This document shows, in pieces, positions 20,684 to 31,225 of a stretch of 64,000 nt of DNA. The position numbers were made by a program, and so were the translations under genes. The notes under the pieces are model-generated. The model was not told the origin of the DNA and searched no databases. It was given only the letters and a program-made list of their open reading frames with translations. Location: NCBI GenBank assembly GCA_963802945.1, contig CAWDKY010000016.1, positions 160,001 to 224,000 of the forward strand, given 5' to 3'. This DNA is from an uncultured delta proteobacterium (GTDB lineage Bacteria > Desulfobacterota > RBG-13-43-22). Every line of letters starts with the position of its first letter. The first letter of the stretch is position 1.

Positions 20684-22132
20684 TTGAGCGAAAAAATAAA
20701 AATCCAAAAATTGGACGATTATCGGTTCCAGATCCCCCGGGAGGGAAAGATGCGGACCGATGGTCTGGTCTTTGTCTCCGAGGCCATGCTTTCTGGTTTA
20801 CAGCAGGATCAAAGCCTCCAGCAGGTAGCCAATGTTGCCTGGCTGCCGGGGATCGTCGGTCCTTCGTTGGCCATGCCGGATATCCATTGGGGCTACGGCT
20901 TCCCCATCGGCGGGGTGGCTGCCTTTGATTCTGAACAAGGGATCGTCTCGCCGGGCGGGGTCGGATACGACATCAACTGTGGGGTGCGTTTACTGCGCTC
21001 CGGGTTGAGCCGCAAAGACTTAGAAGGCCGGATCAAGGAAATCGTCGTCGCCCTGTTTCGAAATATCCCTTCCGGAGTCGGCTCTCACCGTAAAGACTTT
21101 AAACTTTCCATCAATGATCAGGAAAAGGTTTTAAACTTTGGGGCCCGGTGGGCCGTCCAACAGGGTTTCGGCAGCCTGAAAGATCTGGAGCATATTGAAG
21201 AAGGCGGCTGTATCGAAGGGGCCAGGCCGGATCTGGTTTCTGCCAGGGCCTTGGAGCGGGGCAAAGACCAATTAGGCACCCTCGGTTCGGGAAACCACTT
21301 TGTCGAAGTGGGATATGTGGAATCCATTTACGATCCTGAAGCGGCCCGAGGCTTGGGCCTCTTTGATCAACAGGTGACGGTTATGGTCCATACCGGGTCC
21401 CGTGGTCTGGGACACCAGGTCTGTGATGACGCCATTAAAACACTTATCCAGGCCACGGCCAAATACGGCATTGAATTGCCGGACCGGCAATTGTGCTGCG
21501 CCCCTATCCATTCCCCCGAAGGCCGGGACTATTTGGCTGCCATGGCTGCAGCCGCCAACTTCGCCTTTGCCAACCGTCAGATTATTACCCATTGGGTGCA
21601 AGAGACATTGGAGCGGGTCTTGGGTATCGGTCCGAAGGACCTTCAATTGGAACTGATCTATGACCTGTGCCATAATATCGCCAAATTTGAGGATCACCTG
21701 GTGGATGGCCGAATGAAACGATTGTGTGTTCATCGAAAAGGGGCAACCCGGGCCTTCCCGCCCGGCCATCCTCAGATCCCTTCGGATTTCCAAGAGCTGG
21801 GTCAACCGGTCTTGATCCCCGGAGACATGGGCCGTTATTCTTATGTCCTGTTAGGGACCGATCAGGCCATGACCGAGACCTTCGGCAGCGCCTGCCACGG
21901 GGCCGGACGGGTCATGAGCCGTCAGGCCGCCAAAAAAGTGGCCAGAGGCCGGGCCGTGGTTCGGGAAATGGAAGATCAAGGGATCATTGTTCAAGGTGCC
22001 GGCCTGGGAACGATCGTCGAAGAAATCTCAGAGGCCTACAAAGATGTGGCCCAGGTGGTCGAAGTGGTGCACCAAGCCGGCATTGCCAAAAAAGTAGCCC
22101 GGCTGAGACCTATGGGTGTTATTAAAGGATGA
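20684..22132 (+). CDS. rtcB: RNA-splicing ligase RtcB (archaeal/eukaryote-like long form)
   Basis: MPDIHWGYGFPIGG, VGYDINCG, GSGNHF, HTGSRG, HNIAK, HRKGATR and CHGAGR motifs. Confidence 0.97.
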   Translation: MSEKIKIQKLDDYRFQIPREGKMRTDGLVFVSEAMLSGLQQDQSLQQVANVAWLPGIVGPSLAMPDIHWGYGFPIGGVAAFDSEQGIVSPGGVGYDINCGVRLLRSGLSRKDLEGRIKEIVVALFRNIPSGVGSHRKDFKLSINDQEKVLNFGARWAVQQGFGSLKDLEHIEEGGCIEGARPDLVSARALERGKDQLGTLGSGNHFVEVGYVESIYDPEAARGLGLFDQQVTVMVHTGSRGLGHQVCDDAIKTLIQATAKYGIELPDRQLCCAPIHSPEGRDYLAAMAAAANFAFANRQIITHWVQETLERVLGIGPKDLQLELIYDLCHNIAKFEDHLVDGRMKRLCVHRKGATRAFPPGHPQIPSDFQELGQPVLIPGDMGRYSYVLLGTDQAMTETFGSACHGAGRVMSRQAAKKVARGRAVVREMEDQGIIVQGAGLGTIVEEISEAYKDVAQVVEVVHQAGIAKKVARLRPMGVIKG

Positions 22133-22204
22133 CGGCTTTGAAAAATGTCCCATTTAACCGGTTTCTTTAGGTAATTTTTTTTGACTGTCTGAATTTGTTT
22201 TTTT

Positions 22205-24040
22205 TTATCGAATAAATTGGTGGGCGACTTTGCGCAAATCCGGACTTTCCAGGACGTGAAAGAAACGGATTTGGGTCAGCAGGACCGGTGAGAATTGTCC
22301 CAAGGGAAGATAGATGATTTTCCGGCCCTGGTTGTGGGCGAAGGTATGACAAAAGGATCGGGGAGGACGGGCGGCAATATAGGCCACCAGCCGTTCTTCA
22401 CTGTAATCAATGCCGGCCAAAAGCAGCCTCTCGGCCTTGGTTTGGGCCGTATTAAAAAAACGGTCTTTCCAGATGTCATACATACGATAAGGGGGATAAC
22501 TTAAAACAAACCCGCCGTATTCACAGCGGGAGATGCCCGGACCGATGACCTCTTCTCCGGCCGGGGTGGCATAGAAGGCCATATCCGATTCCTGATCGTG
22601 TTCCCCCAGCCAAGTCAATTTCCAGGGATATTGTTCTGGTTTTTCCGGAGCAGGTTCATCTTCATGGAAAATAAAAATCACCGAACCAACCCGGCCGCGC
22701 ACCTGGATCTCTTCCCGGACATAAATCTTTTTTTCGATAACCTGCCGCATCGTTTCCCGGATATCCAGGCCGTCCAGCAGAGACGAAGTAAAGGGGATCA
22801 CCCTGACCTGCTCCTGGGATAAAACCCCCCGGACTTTTTTCTTGACATAATCCCCAAGGCCTTCCACCCGGATATCCTCCGGGGGATAAGAACAGATGTA
22901 TTGGCCTTCCCACTGTTTTTTGTATTTCTCTTTTTCCGTCGTAGAAGGCCGTTTTTTTAAAGGCACAGGCACCAGACGGCGGCGGAAGGTCCGAAAATGT
23001 CGATAAAAACGGATCCGTTTTTGGTTGAGTCGCAGATCTTCGGCCGTTACCTCGATTTCCGGTAATTGGGGTGAGGCCTCCTGAAAAGGATAATGAGAGC
23101 CGATATCCCAAACCTCATAGGCAAAGTTGTCATTGACCATTCCCCGTGAGGCTATCAAAAGTTGGTAAAAATCCGGGAATAAGGCCCCTTGAAGCAAGGC
23201 CAGGTTGCGGGCGAATTTTTTTATCAGGTTCAAGGAATAGACCTCAACTTTTTCCCGGCTGTTTTTCAGATGCGCTTCCCTGGCTCGGTTCAGCAGGTCT
23301 TCCTGAACGGCCAGGCGATTCAGCTCCAAAAAGCCGGAAGCATCAGAAGCAGATCCGGCCCTTTCTTCTTCATATCTTTTCTGCAGAAAGGGCATTTCGG
23401 AGAGGACCTCCCGGCTGGAGGATTCCTTTAGGAAACCTACTAGGACCCCGGATCTTTTCTCCCGTCCCAAAGGCAAGCCCGGATTTTTTTCAAGCTGTTG
23501 AACAATACCTGGCCAGTGGGCCAACCCGCAGACCAGCAGGACCCGCTGGTATCGTTGGTTGAGCTTAAGGGCATGAAAAGCCATGGTTCGTTCCCTCAAG
23601 GCGTCATCCGGGGAAGGGGCCTCCTGTCCCCGTTCTTTCAGATAGGCCAGGCAATAAGGCTGATAGCCGATCCGGGTGACAGCATAGGGATCGGGCATGG
23701 AATCCATCCTTTGAGGATAGCCCTCGGTGTCCCGGTCGACAAAAAAGACCTCAAGATTTTTTTCCAGGCCCAGACGTACGGCCTCAATGATCCCATCCAC
23801 CGGTTCGATGGGCAAATAAACATGGCGACCTGATTTTTCCTGATAGAGGATCACGGAGAGATTGGGAAGTCTTTTGACCGCGGTCAAGACCGGATCCCGT
23901 AGTGTCGGGGGAAGTTCTATGGCCAGGGCTTGAGGCTGGAATTCAATCCATTGTCTGTGGACCTCCAGGGCAAACTCCAGACGGTTGTGGAGAATGGGCA
24001 GAAATTTTATATTTTGATATTGGAAAGGGTTGTCTTTCAT
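22205..24040 (-). CDS. Conserved hypothetical protein; N-terminal TraB/TIKI-like fold inferred
   Basis: 611-aa ORF; motifs PILH, AIELP, FVDRD, RERTMA and VCGLAH appear in TraB/PrgY-like order; C-terminal half unassigned. Confidence 0.6.
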   Translation of the reverse strand: MKDNPFQYQNIKFLPILHNRLEFALEVHRQWIEFQPQALAIELPPTLRDPVLTAVKRLPNLSVILYQEKSGRHVYLPIEPVDGIIEAVRLGLEKNLEVFFVDRDTEGYPQRMDSMPDPYAVTRIGYQPYCLAYLKERGQEAPSPDDALRERTMAFHALKLNQRYQRVLLVCGLAHWPGIVQQLEKNPGLPLGREKRSGVLVGFLKESSSREVLSEMPFLQKRYEEERAGSASDASGFLELNRLAVQEDLLNRAREAHLKNSREKVEVYSLNLIKKFARNLALLQGALFPDFYQLLIASRGMVNDNFAYEVWDIGSHYPFQEASPQLPEIEVTAEDLRLNQKRIRFYRHFRTFRRRLVPVPLKKRPSTTEKEKYKKQWEGQYICSYPPEDIRVEGLGDYVKKKVRGVLSQEQVRVIPFTSSLLDGLDIRETMRQVIEKKIYVREEIQVRGRVGSVIFIFHEDEPAPEKPEQYPWKLTWLGEHDQESDMAFYATPAGEEVIGPGISRCEYGGFVLSYPPYRMYDIWKDRFFNTAQTKAERLLLAGIDYSEERLVAYIAARPPRSFCHTFAHNQGRKIIYLPLGQFSPVLLTQIRFFHVLESPDLRKVAHQFIR

Positions 24041-24102
24041 GATAAGATCGTATCATGATATGAAATGATAATCTCCCAAAAAATAAAGGAGAGGACAGTG
24101 CT

Positions 24103-24765
24103 ATGACTATCTTCGAAGATGAATTAAGCGATCTCAAGGTACAGATCCTGAAGATGGGATCTCTGGTGGAAGAGGCCATCGTCCGGTCCATTAAATCTCT
24201 GGTGGAACGAAACAGCGCCTTGGCCCATCAGGTGATTGAAGATGATGTTCGCATCAACTCCTATGATGTGAAAATTGACGAGGAATGCATCCGGCTCATT
24301 GCCCTCCGCCAGCCCACGGCCGGCGACTTGCGATTTGTAACCACGGCCATGAAGATCACCACGGATCTGGAACGGATGGGGGATTATGCTGTTGATATCT
24401 GCGAAAGGGCCTTGGAACTTAATGAGGAACCTCAGCTTAAACCCTATATTGATATCCCTCGGATGGCCGAGATTGCCGAGGGGATGGTCCACGATGCCCT
24501 TCAGGCCTTCCTGGGAAAAAACACCGCCCTGGCCTATGAAGTGGTCAACAGGGATGATGAGGTGGATCAACTTACCGTGCAGATCTTTAATGAACTTTTA
24601 CTTTTTATGATTAAAGACAGCTCGACCATAACCCGGGCCATCAAGATCTCATACATTTCAAAATACCTGGAGCGGATTGCCGACCACGCCACCAATGTTG
24701 CCGAGATGGTGGTCTATATGATCGAAGGTAAGATGATCCGGCATATCAAGGACCTGGAAGAGTAA
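24103..24765 (+). CDS. phoU: Phosphate signalling complex protein PhoU
   Basis: LRQPTAGDLR, DLERMGDYA and YLERIADHATN motifs; GGAGAGG RBS. Confidence 0.96.
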   Translation: MTIFEDELSDLKVQILKMGSLVEEAIVRSIKSLVERNSALAHQVIEDDVRINSYDVKIDEECIRLIALRQPTAGDLRFVTTAMKITTDLERMGDYAVDICERALELNEEPQLKPYIDIPRMAEIAEGMVHDALQAFLGKNTALAYEVVNRDDEVDQLTVQIFNELLLFMIKDSSTITRAIKISYISKYLERIADHATNVAEMVVYMIEGKMIRHIKDLEE

Positions 24766-24814
24766 TCATAACATCCCACCCCAGTAAAAATCCATTTAAG
24801 GGAAACATATCACC

Positions 24815-25381
24815 ATGAGCACCTTAAAGGAACTAATCCCGGAAAACCCGGTCCATGAACGAAAGCTCGATATCTATACCTATCCTTTGGAAAACGGGCA
24901 GGTTGTCGTTGAAGGCTGGCTTCGGGACGAACGGCTGATTACCGGATATAACCGCGACGGCCGCTCCCGCCCGCCGGGCGTGGTTCATTGGATTGGCGTT
25001 CGTTTGCTCCTGGGAGGCCGGCCCATCACCATTCTTGAAGCCGAGGCGGAAATGCCCATTGTCCCTCACAAGCTATGCCCAACCGTAGCCGAGACTGTTA
25101 AGAAAATTGTCGGCCTGCCTATTGTTGCTGGGTTCAGCGATCAGGTACGCAAAAGATTGTACGGGGTGGAGGGATGCAGTCATCTGATGCACCTTATCCT
25201 GGCCATGGGTCCGGCAGGTCTGCACGGATACTGGGCCAGTCAGAACCGCAAGCCCCGTTCTGCCCCGCATTCTTTCGAAGATACTCCCGATCTGGAATAC
25301 CTGATCAACAGTTGCCAACTATGGAGAGAAGACGGACCGTTGATCCGGCAGATCCGGGAAACCTTAAAAAAAACCGAATAG
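24815..25381 (+). CDS. DUF2889 domain protein
   Basis: HERKL, EGWLRD, CP, GCSHL and LINSC pattern. Confidence 0.8.
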   Translation: MSTLKELIPENPVHERKLDIYTYPLENGQVVVEGWLRDERLITGYNRDGRSRPPGVVHWIGVRLLLGGRPITILEAEAEMPIVPHKLCPTVAETVKKIVGLPIVAGFSDQVRKRLYGVEGCSHLMHLILAMGPAGLHGYWASQNRKPRSAPHSFEDTPDLEYLINSCQLWREDGPLIRQIRETLKKTE

Positions 25382-25464
25382 CTTGACATTCCGCCCATAA
25401 ATGATTATTGAATAACCAACCTTAAAAGGATAAGGGTGATTTATTTTCTTAATCCAGCCATTTT

Positions 25465-26409
25465 ATGATTGAAGTTGAACAATTAACCAAATATTACGGT
25501 TTGCTGCCGGCCATTTCCGATCTTTCTTTTTCCGTTGGACAAGGGGAGGTGGTCGGCTTTTTAGGGCCCAATGGGGCAGGGAAAACCACCACCCTTAAAA
25601 TACTGACCTGTTTTCTCCCTCCTACATCCGGTAAAGTCCGAGTCAATGGCCTGGATGTCTCTCAGGATTCTTTAAAGATCCGGGAGCAATTGGGCTACTT
25701 GCCGGAAAATGTTCCCTTATACAACGAAATGACCGTCGAACGGTTTCTGGCATTTGCCGCCCAGGCCAAGGGAATTAGGGCCAAGGCCATCAAGTCGAGC
25801 CTGGATAAGGTCTTAGAGGACTGTGGCTTGCAGAAGGTCCGGGGCCGCATTATCGGGCATCTTTCTAAGGGATTTAAACAGCGAGTCGGACTGGCCCAGG
25901 CCCTTTTGAATAATCCTCCGGTCCTTATCCTGGATGAACCGACCATAGGACTGGACCCGGCCCAGGTGGTGGAGATAAGAGAATTGATCCGGTCGTTGGG
26001 CCGGGAACGAACCATTATTTTAAGCACGCATATCCTGCCCGAGGTCAGTCAAATCTGTCAGAAGGTGATCATCATCAATCGGGGCCGGATTGTGGCCATC
26101 GATACGGTTTCCAATCTGACAGCCCAGGTACAGACCTCACGCAAAATCCATTTAAACATTCAGGGTCCTGAGGAAGAGGTTTTACAAGCTCTGGGGTCCC
26201 AAAAAGGGGTCTTGAAGGCTGATAAAGAATCCGATGACGGTTCTGGAAGGTATGTGGTGGAGATGGAGAAGGATCAAGACATAAGGGCCGACCTGGCACG
26301 ATCAGTCGTTGAAAGGGGATGGGGATTGTTGGAGATGCACAGCCAGGAACTCAGTCTGGAAGAGGTCTTTGTCCAGTTGGTTACCGAAGAACCGGGAGGC
26401 CAGGCATGA
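25465..26409 (+). CDS. ABC transporter ATP-binding protein (GldA-like)
   Basis: GPNGAGKT, LSKGFKQR and LILDEPT motifs. Confidence 0.92.
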   Translation: MIEVEQLTKYYGLLPAISDLSFSVGQGEVVGFLGPNGAGKTTTLKILTCFLPPTSGKVRVNGLDVSQDSLKIREQLGYLPENVPLYNEMTVERFLAFAAQAKGIRAKAIKSSLDKVLEDCGLQKVRGRIIGHLSKGFKQRVGLAQALLNNPPVLILDEPTIGLDPAQVVEIRELIRSLGRERTIILSTHILPEVSQICQKVIIINRGRIVAIDTVSNLTAQVQTSRKIHLNIQGPEEEVLQALGSQKGVLKADKESDDGSGRYVVEMEKDQDIRADLARSVVERGWGLLEMHSQELSLEEVFVQLVTEEPGGQA

Positions 26410-27176
26410 AGGGATTTACAGCGATCTTCAAGCGGGAACTGTATGCCTTTTTCGCTTCCCCTATTTTTTATGTGATAGGGACTATCTTTCTGGCCCTGAG
26501 CGGCTATTTTTTTTATACCTCCGTGGCCTACTACAGTCTGATCAGTTTCCAGGCTGTCCAGAATCCCTATATGGGTGGGCAGGTCAATTTGAATGAGATG
26601 GTTGTCAAACCTCTATTTGACGATATGAGTATCATCCTGCTGTTGATTGTCCCTTTGCTGACCATGCGTCTTTTGGCCGAAGAAAAGAAAAACGGGACCA
26701 TTGAGCTCCTTCTGACCTATCCCGTACGGGAATTGGCCGTGGTGCTGGGAAAATATTTGGCTACGTTGTTGGTCATCGTCATCTTACTGGCCTTGACCGC
26801 CATCAATATTTTGATGATATCCCGGTTTGGGATTCTAGAGTGGGGGCCTGTTTTAACCGGCTATGGCGGGCTGATTTTACTGGCCGCCGCATTTGTTTCT
26901 CTGGGCCTGTTTGCCTCGGCCTTGACCCAGAACCAGATTATCGCTGCGGTCCTGGGATTCGGGGCTTTGCTTATGTTCTGGATCATCGGTTGGAGTGGTT
27001 CGGTCTCCGGTCCGGGAATTGGCAAGGTGGTCAATTACCTGTCCCTATTGGAGCACCAAGATCCGTTTACCAAAGGCATTTTGGATACTCGGGATATTAT
27101 CTATTACCTGACTTTTTTGGTATTTTTTATTTTTTTGACCTTGCGCTATCTGGATTCGCAGAAGATCAGGGGATGA
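26406..27176 (+). CDS. ABC-2 permease (GldF-like)
   Basis: KRELYAFFASP, TMRLLAEEKKNGTIELLLTYP and TQNQI motifs; ATG overlaps the upstream stop. Confidence 0.9.
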   Translation: MKGFTAIFKRELYAFFASPIFYVIGTIFLALSGYFFYTSVAYYSLISFQAVQNPYMGGQVNLNEMVVKPLFDDMSIILLLIVPLLTMRLLAEEKKNGTIELLLTYPVRELAVVLGKYLATLLVIVILLALTAINILMISRFGILEWGPVLTGYGGLILLAAAFVSLGLFASALTQNQIIAAVLGFGALLMFWIIGWSGSVSGPGIGKVVNYLSLLEHQDPFTKGILDTRDIIYYLTFLVFFIFLTLRYLDSQKIRG

Positions 27177-27180
27177 GAAC

Positions 27181-27274
27181 ATTGCGGATTTCAGAATTTG
27201 GATTGCGGAATTTGGAATACTGAATAGAAGGGGAAAATTTTTTTGATCTGGTTTTCACTTGAATCCTTGAACCC
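27181..27274 (+). repeat. Heptamer tandem repeat (TTGCGGA/ATTTGGA) followed by CTTGAAT-type units
   Basis: TTGCGGA TTTCAGA ATTTGGA TTGCGGA ATTTGGA ATACTGA; then CTTGAATCCTTGAACCCT. Confidence 0.65.
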
Positions 27275-27283
27275 TATTTCGTA

Positions 27284-27533
27284 CTAGTGAAGTGTAAGAG
27301 CAATCACTTTACATTCTTGTCATTCCGGACTAGGAGACTGTGTCGCAATTATATTTTTGTCATTCCGTGCAAGCGAAGCGCGACACGGAATCCAGTATTT
27401 CCATTAAGTTCTGGATGCCGGCTTTCGCCGGCATGACGGCTTTGATGGCGCTGTCCGCTATTACGACACAGTCTCTCCGCGGGAATGACGGCATGAGGAA
27501 TATTGTAAACCTGTTATTGAGACACCTCACAAG
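27284..27533. mobile_element. Nested MITEs: outer CTAGTG/GTCATTCC element with an inner element at 27334-27475
   Basis: Inner TIRs GAGACTGTGTCGCAAT / ATTACGACACAGTCTC (15/16); outer ends resemble 20495-20660. Confidence 0.75.
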
Positions 27534-27572
27534 AAGAGTTTAAATTAAAAGAAATAATTTTCAGAAGAAACT

Positions 27573-28976
27573 ATGATCTTGGCAAAGACAAGTAGATGGA
27601 AAGAAGGGTCTCTGTTAATCCTCCTGGCCCTGGTTTTCATTGCCATTCTGGTGGGGGTCAGCTTGATCGTCCATCGGTTTCCCTGGCGCTGGGATTTGAC
27701 GGAAGGGGGAAAGAACTCCATTTCCGACCAATCGAAAAAAATCGTCAAAAACATCAACCAGGACGTCTGGATCCGGGCCTTTTTTCAGGAAGGAAACACG
27801 GCCAAGAAGAATGCTCAGACCCTCCTTGAGATTTATGCCTACACCAATCCCCGTATTCATTACCAATTCATAGACCCTGACCGGCAGCCTGCCTTGGCTA
27901 AACAATATGGGGTGCGCAACTATGGGGCCTTGACCTTGGAATCTGCCGGGAAGACCCAGAATGTAACGACCGCGGATGAAGAAGGGATCAGCAGCGGTCT
28001 TTTGCGCCTTATACAACAGAAGACTAAAAAAGTGATTTTTCTTGCAGGCCATGGTGAAAAAAGCCTTCAGGATTCTCAAAGGACCGGGTTTTCTTTGGCC
28101 AAAGGACTGCTGGAAAAAGAAAATTACCAGGTGGAGGAGATCAATCTCTTGTCCTGGACCGGCCTTCCGGCCGAGACCCGCTGTCTGGTGATTGCCGGGC
28201 CGAAGAAGCCCCTGTTCCCGGAAGAGATCGAGGACCTGAAAAAATACGTCAAGGCAGGCGGCCGGGTGATCCTGATGCTTGAACCCTACCAAGATGGAGG
28301 GGTTAAAGAATGGCTTGCCTCTCTGGGGGTAACCATTGGTCAGGATATCGTAATTGACAAGATCAGCCGTGTCTTTGGTGGGGATTATTTGATCCCTATG
28401 GCCGGATCTTACGGCCGGCATCCGATAACAGAAAAATTTACTGTGGCCACCTTTTATCCTACGGCCCGATCCTTAACCCTGACCTCCCCTTCCCCAGCAG
28501 GCATCTCTTACGATATTCTGGTTTATTCTTCTCCCCAGAGCTGGGCAGAAACCAACAAAACCAAATTGGAAAAAGGAGAGACGGCCTTTGATGAAAGACA
28601 AGATAAAAAAGGACCGCTGCCCCTGGCTGTTTTAGTAACCCTTGCTTCCCAGGAAGAAAAAGGGGAGACCAAAGAATCCAAAGGACAGGAAACAAAATCT
28701 CCGAAAGGCCAGATCGCCGTTTTCGGCGATTCGGACTTTGCCAGTAACGGCTATTTTAACCTTGCCGGCAACGGCGACCTTTTTATAAATACCGTTAATT
28801 ACCTGACCGAAGAAGAGCATCTGATTTCTATCCGTCCGGACAAAACACCGGTTCGGCCCTTGTCCCTTACAGCCAATCAGGCCCAGATGCTGTTCCTGGT
28901 CCCGATGGTCTTGCTGCCTTTGGCGGTGGTTGCGGCTGGAATACTTGTTTGGCGCTCAAGGAGAAAGGCCCGGTGA
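27573..28976 (+). CDS. GldG-like ABC transporter auxiliary component
   Basis: WDLTE, FIDPD, FLAGHGE, AGPKKP, VFGDSDF and GNGDLF motifs. Confidence 0.88.
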   Translation: MILAKTSRWKEGSLLILLALVFIAILVGVSLIVHRFPWRWDLTEGGKNSISDQSKKIVKNINQDVWIRAFFQEGNTAKKNAQTLLEIYAYTNPRIHYQFIDPDRQPALAKQYGVRNYGALTLESAGKTQNVTTADEEGISSGLLRLIQQKTKKVIFLAGHGEKSLQDSQRTGFSLAKGLLEKENYQVEEINLLSWTGLPAETRCLVIAGPKKPLFPEEIEDLKKYVKAGGRVILMLEPYQDGGVKEWLASLGVTIGQDIVIDKISRVFGGDYLIPMAGSYGRHPITEKFTVATFYPTARSLTLTSPSPAGISYDILVYSSPQSWAETNKTKLEKGETAFDERQDKKGPLPLAVLVTLASQEEKGETKESKGQETKSPKGQIAVFGDSDFASNGYFNLAGNGDLFINTVNYLTEEEHLISIRPDKTPVRPLSLTANQAQMLFLVPMVLLPLAVVAAGILVWRSRRKAR

Positions 28977-29509
28977 ATTTAAAGAAGCTCTGGATATACC
29001 TCTCCATCCTGGTGGTGGTGGCCGGTCTGTGGGCGGCATCAGAATTTATTTTTCCTAAGAAAACGGAAGAATCGAAATCCCCGTCCCTTTTTTCCAATCT
29101 GCAAGCCGACAAAATTCAGGAAATAGAATGGCAAAGAGGCTCGGAGATTGTTCACCTGAAAAAAAACAAGGATTGGGAGATCATTCGGCCGATATCAGCT
29201 GCGGCCGATGCCCTGGTGGTGGAAAACATACTCCGTACTTTAAGCTCCCTTAAGCCGGAAAGGAGTTTTCCCTCTTCAGAACAGACCTTGAAAGAATTCG
29301 GTCTGGATTCACCTGGTGTAAAACTCCTTTTTTTGAACCAGGGGAAATGGTTTGAAATTCAGGTGGGAAATAAAACAGCGGTCGGCAATGGCTACTATGT
29401 CAGGTCCTCCAATTCAACAGACCTTTTTTTAATCCAGGACTTTCCTGTCCGTGAACTGGATCGGGACCTTTCGGCCCTGAAAGAAAAAAAGGTCAAGGAA
29501 GGTCCTTGA
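28973..29509 (+). CDS. DUF4340 domain protein
   Basis: N-terminal anchor, W.I..P, EFGLDSP and VGNKT..G..YYV; follows gldG; GTG start. Confidence 0.8.
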   Translation: MNLKKLWIYLSILVVVAGLWAASEFIFPKKTEESKSPSLFSNLQADKIQEIEWQRGSEIVHLKKNKDWEIIRPISAAADALVVENILRTLSSLKPERSFPSSEQTLKEFGLDSPGVKLLFLNQGKWFEIQVGNKTAVGNGYYVRSSNSTDLFLIQDFPVRELDRDLSALKEKKVKEGP

Positions 29510-29880
29510 TGTCCAAGATATTAAGCTGTTTAAAAAAAAGGGATTTGTTGCATAACCCCAATATCAACGCTGATGAACTGGCTCAATACGGATGGGAGTA
29601 TTTAAAGCAGGATCGGCCGGTCGATGCCCTGGATTTTTTTGAAAAGGCCCAGAACCAGGAAGGGATTCGGCGAATCAGGGAATGGAGCCTGGAGCAAGGG
29701 GATCCTTTTCTGTTGCAACAAACCAGTAAAATGCTGAAGGAGCAGGTCCCTGAAGAATCGTGGAGGAAGGTCGGAGAAAAAGCCAAGGCCGCCGGCCGGC
29801 ATCAACAGGCCTTGACGGCTTTTAAGGCCGTTGCCGACGAGGAAAAAATTCAGGAGATCCAGACTTTGATGAAGAGATAA
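29509..29880 (+). CDS. Hypothetical helical (TPR-like) protein
   Basis: About 124-aa helical ORF coupled to the upstream gene. Confidence 0.6.
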   Translation: MSKILSCLKKRDLLHNPNINADELAQYGWEYLKQDRPVDALDFFEKAQNQEGIRRIREWSLEQGDPFLLQQTSKMLKEQVPEESWRKVGEKAKAAGRHQQALTAFKAVADEEKIQEIQTLMKR

Positions 29881-29910
29881 GGACCATCTCCAAATTATAT
29901 TGGAAGAACG

Positions 29911-29970
29911 GGGTGGTGGAGTGGTGGACTGGAAAAAACAATACTCCAATACTCCATTACTCCACTACCA
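29911..29970 (+). repeat. Octamer tandem-repeat hairpin
   Basis: GTGGTGGA GTGGTGGA CTGGA ... AATACTCC AATACTCC ATTACTCC ACTACC. Confidence 0.75.
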
Positions 29971-29991
29971 CAATTAAAAAGCATTAGCTAA

Positions 29992-31125
<1,134 letters not shown>

Positions 31126-31225
31126 GCAACGCCTTTAAAATAAATTCAATTCGGAGAGATTATCCCCACCTATAACTCCTGTTGGACTATTCGAATCTTC
31201 TTGAAAAACAGCCCATCAGACATTG

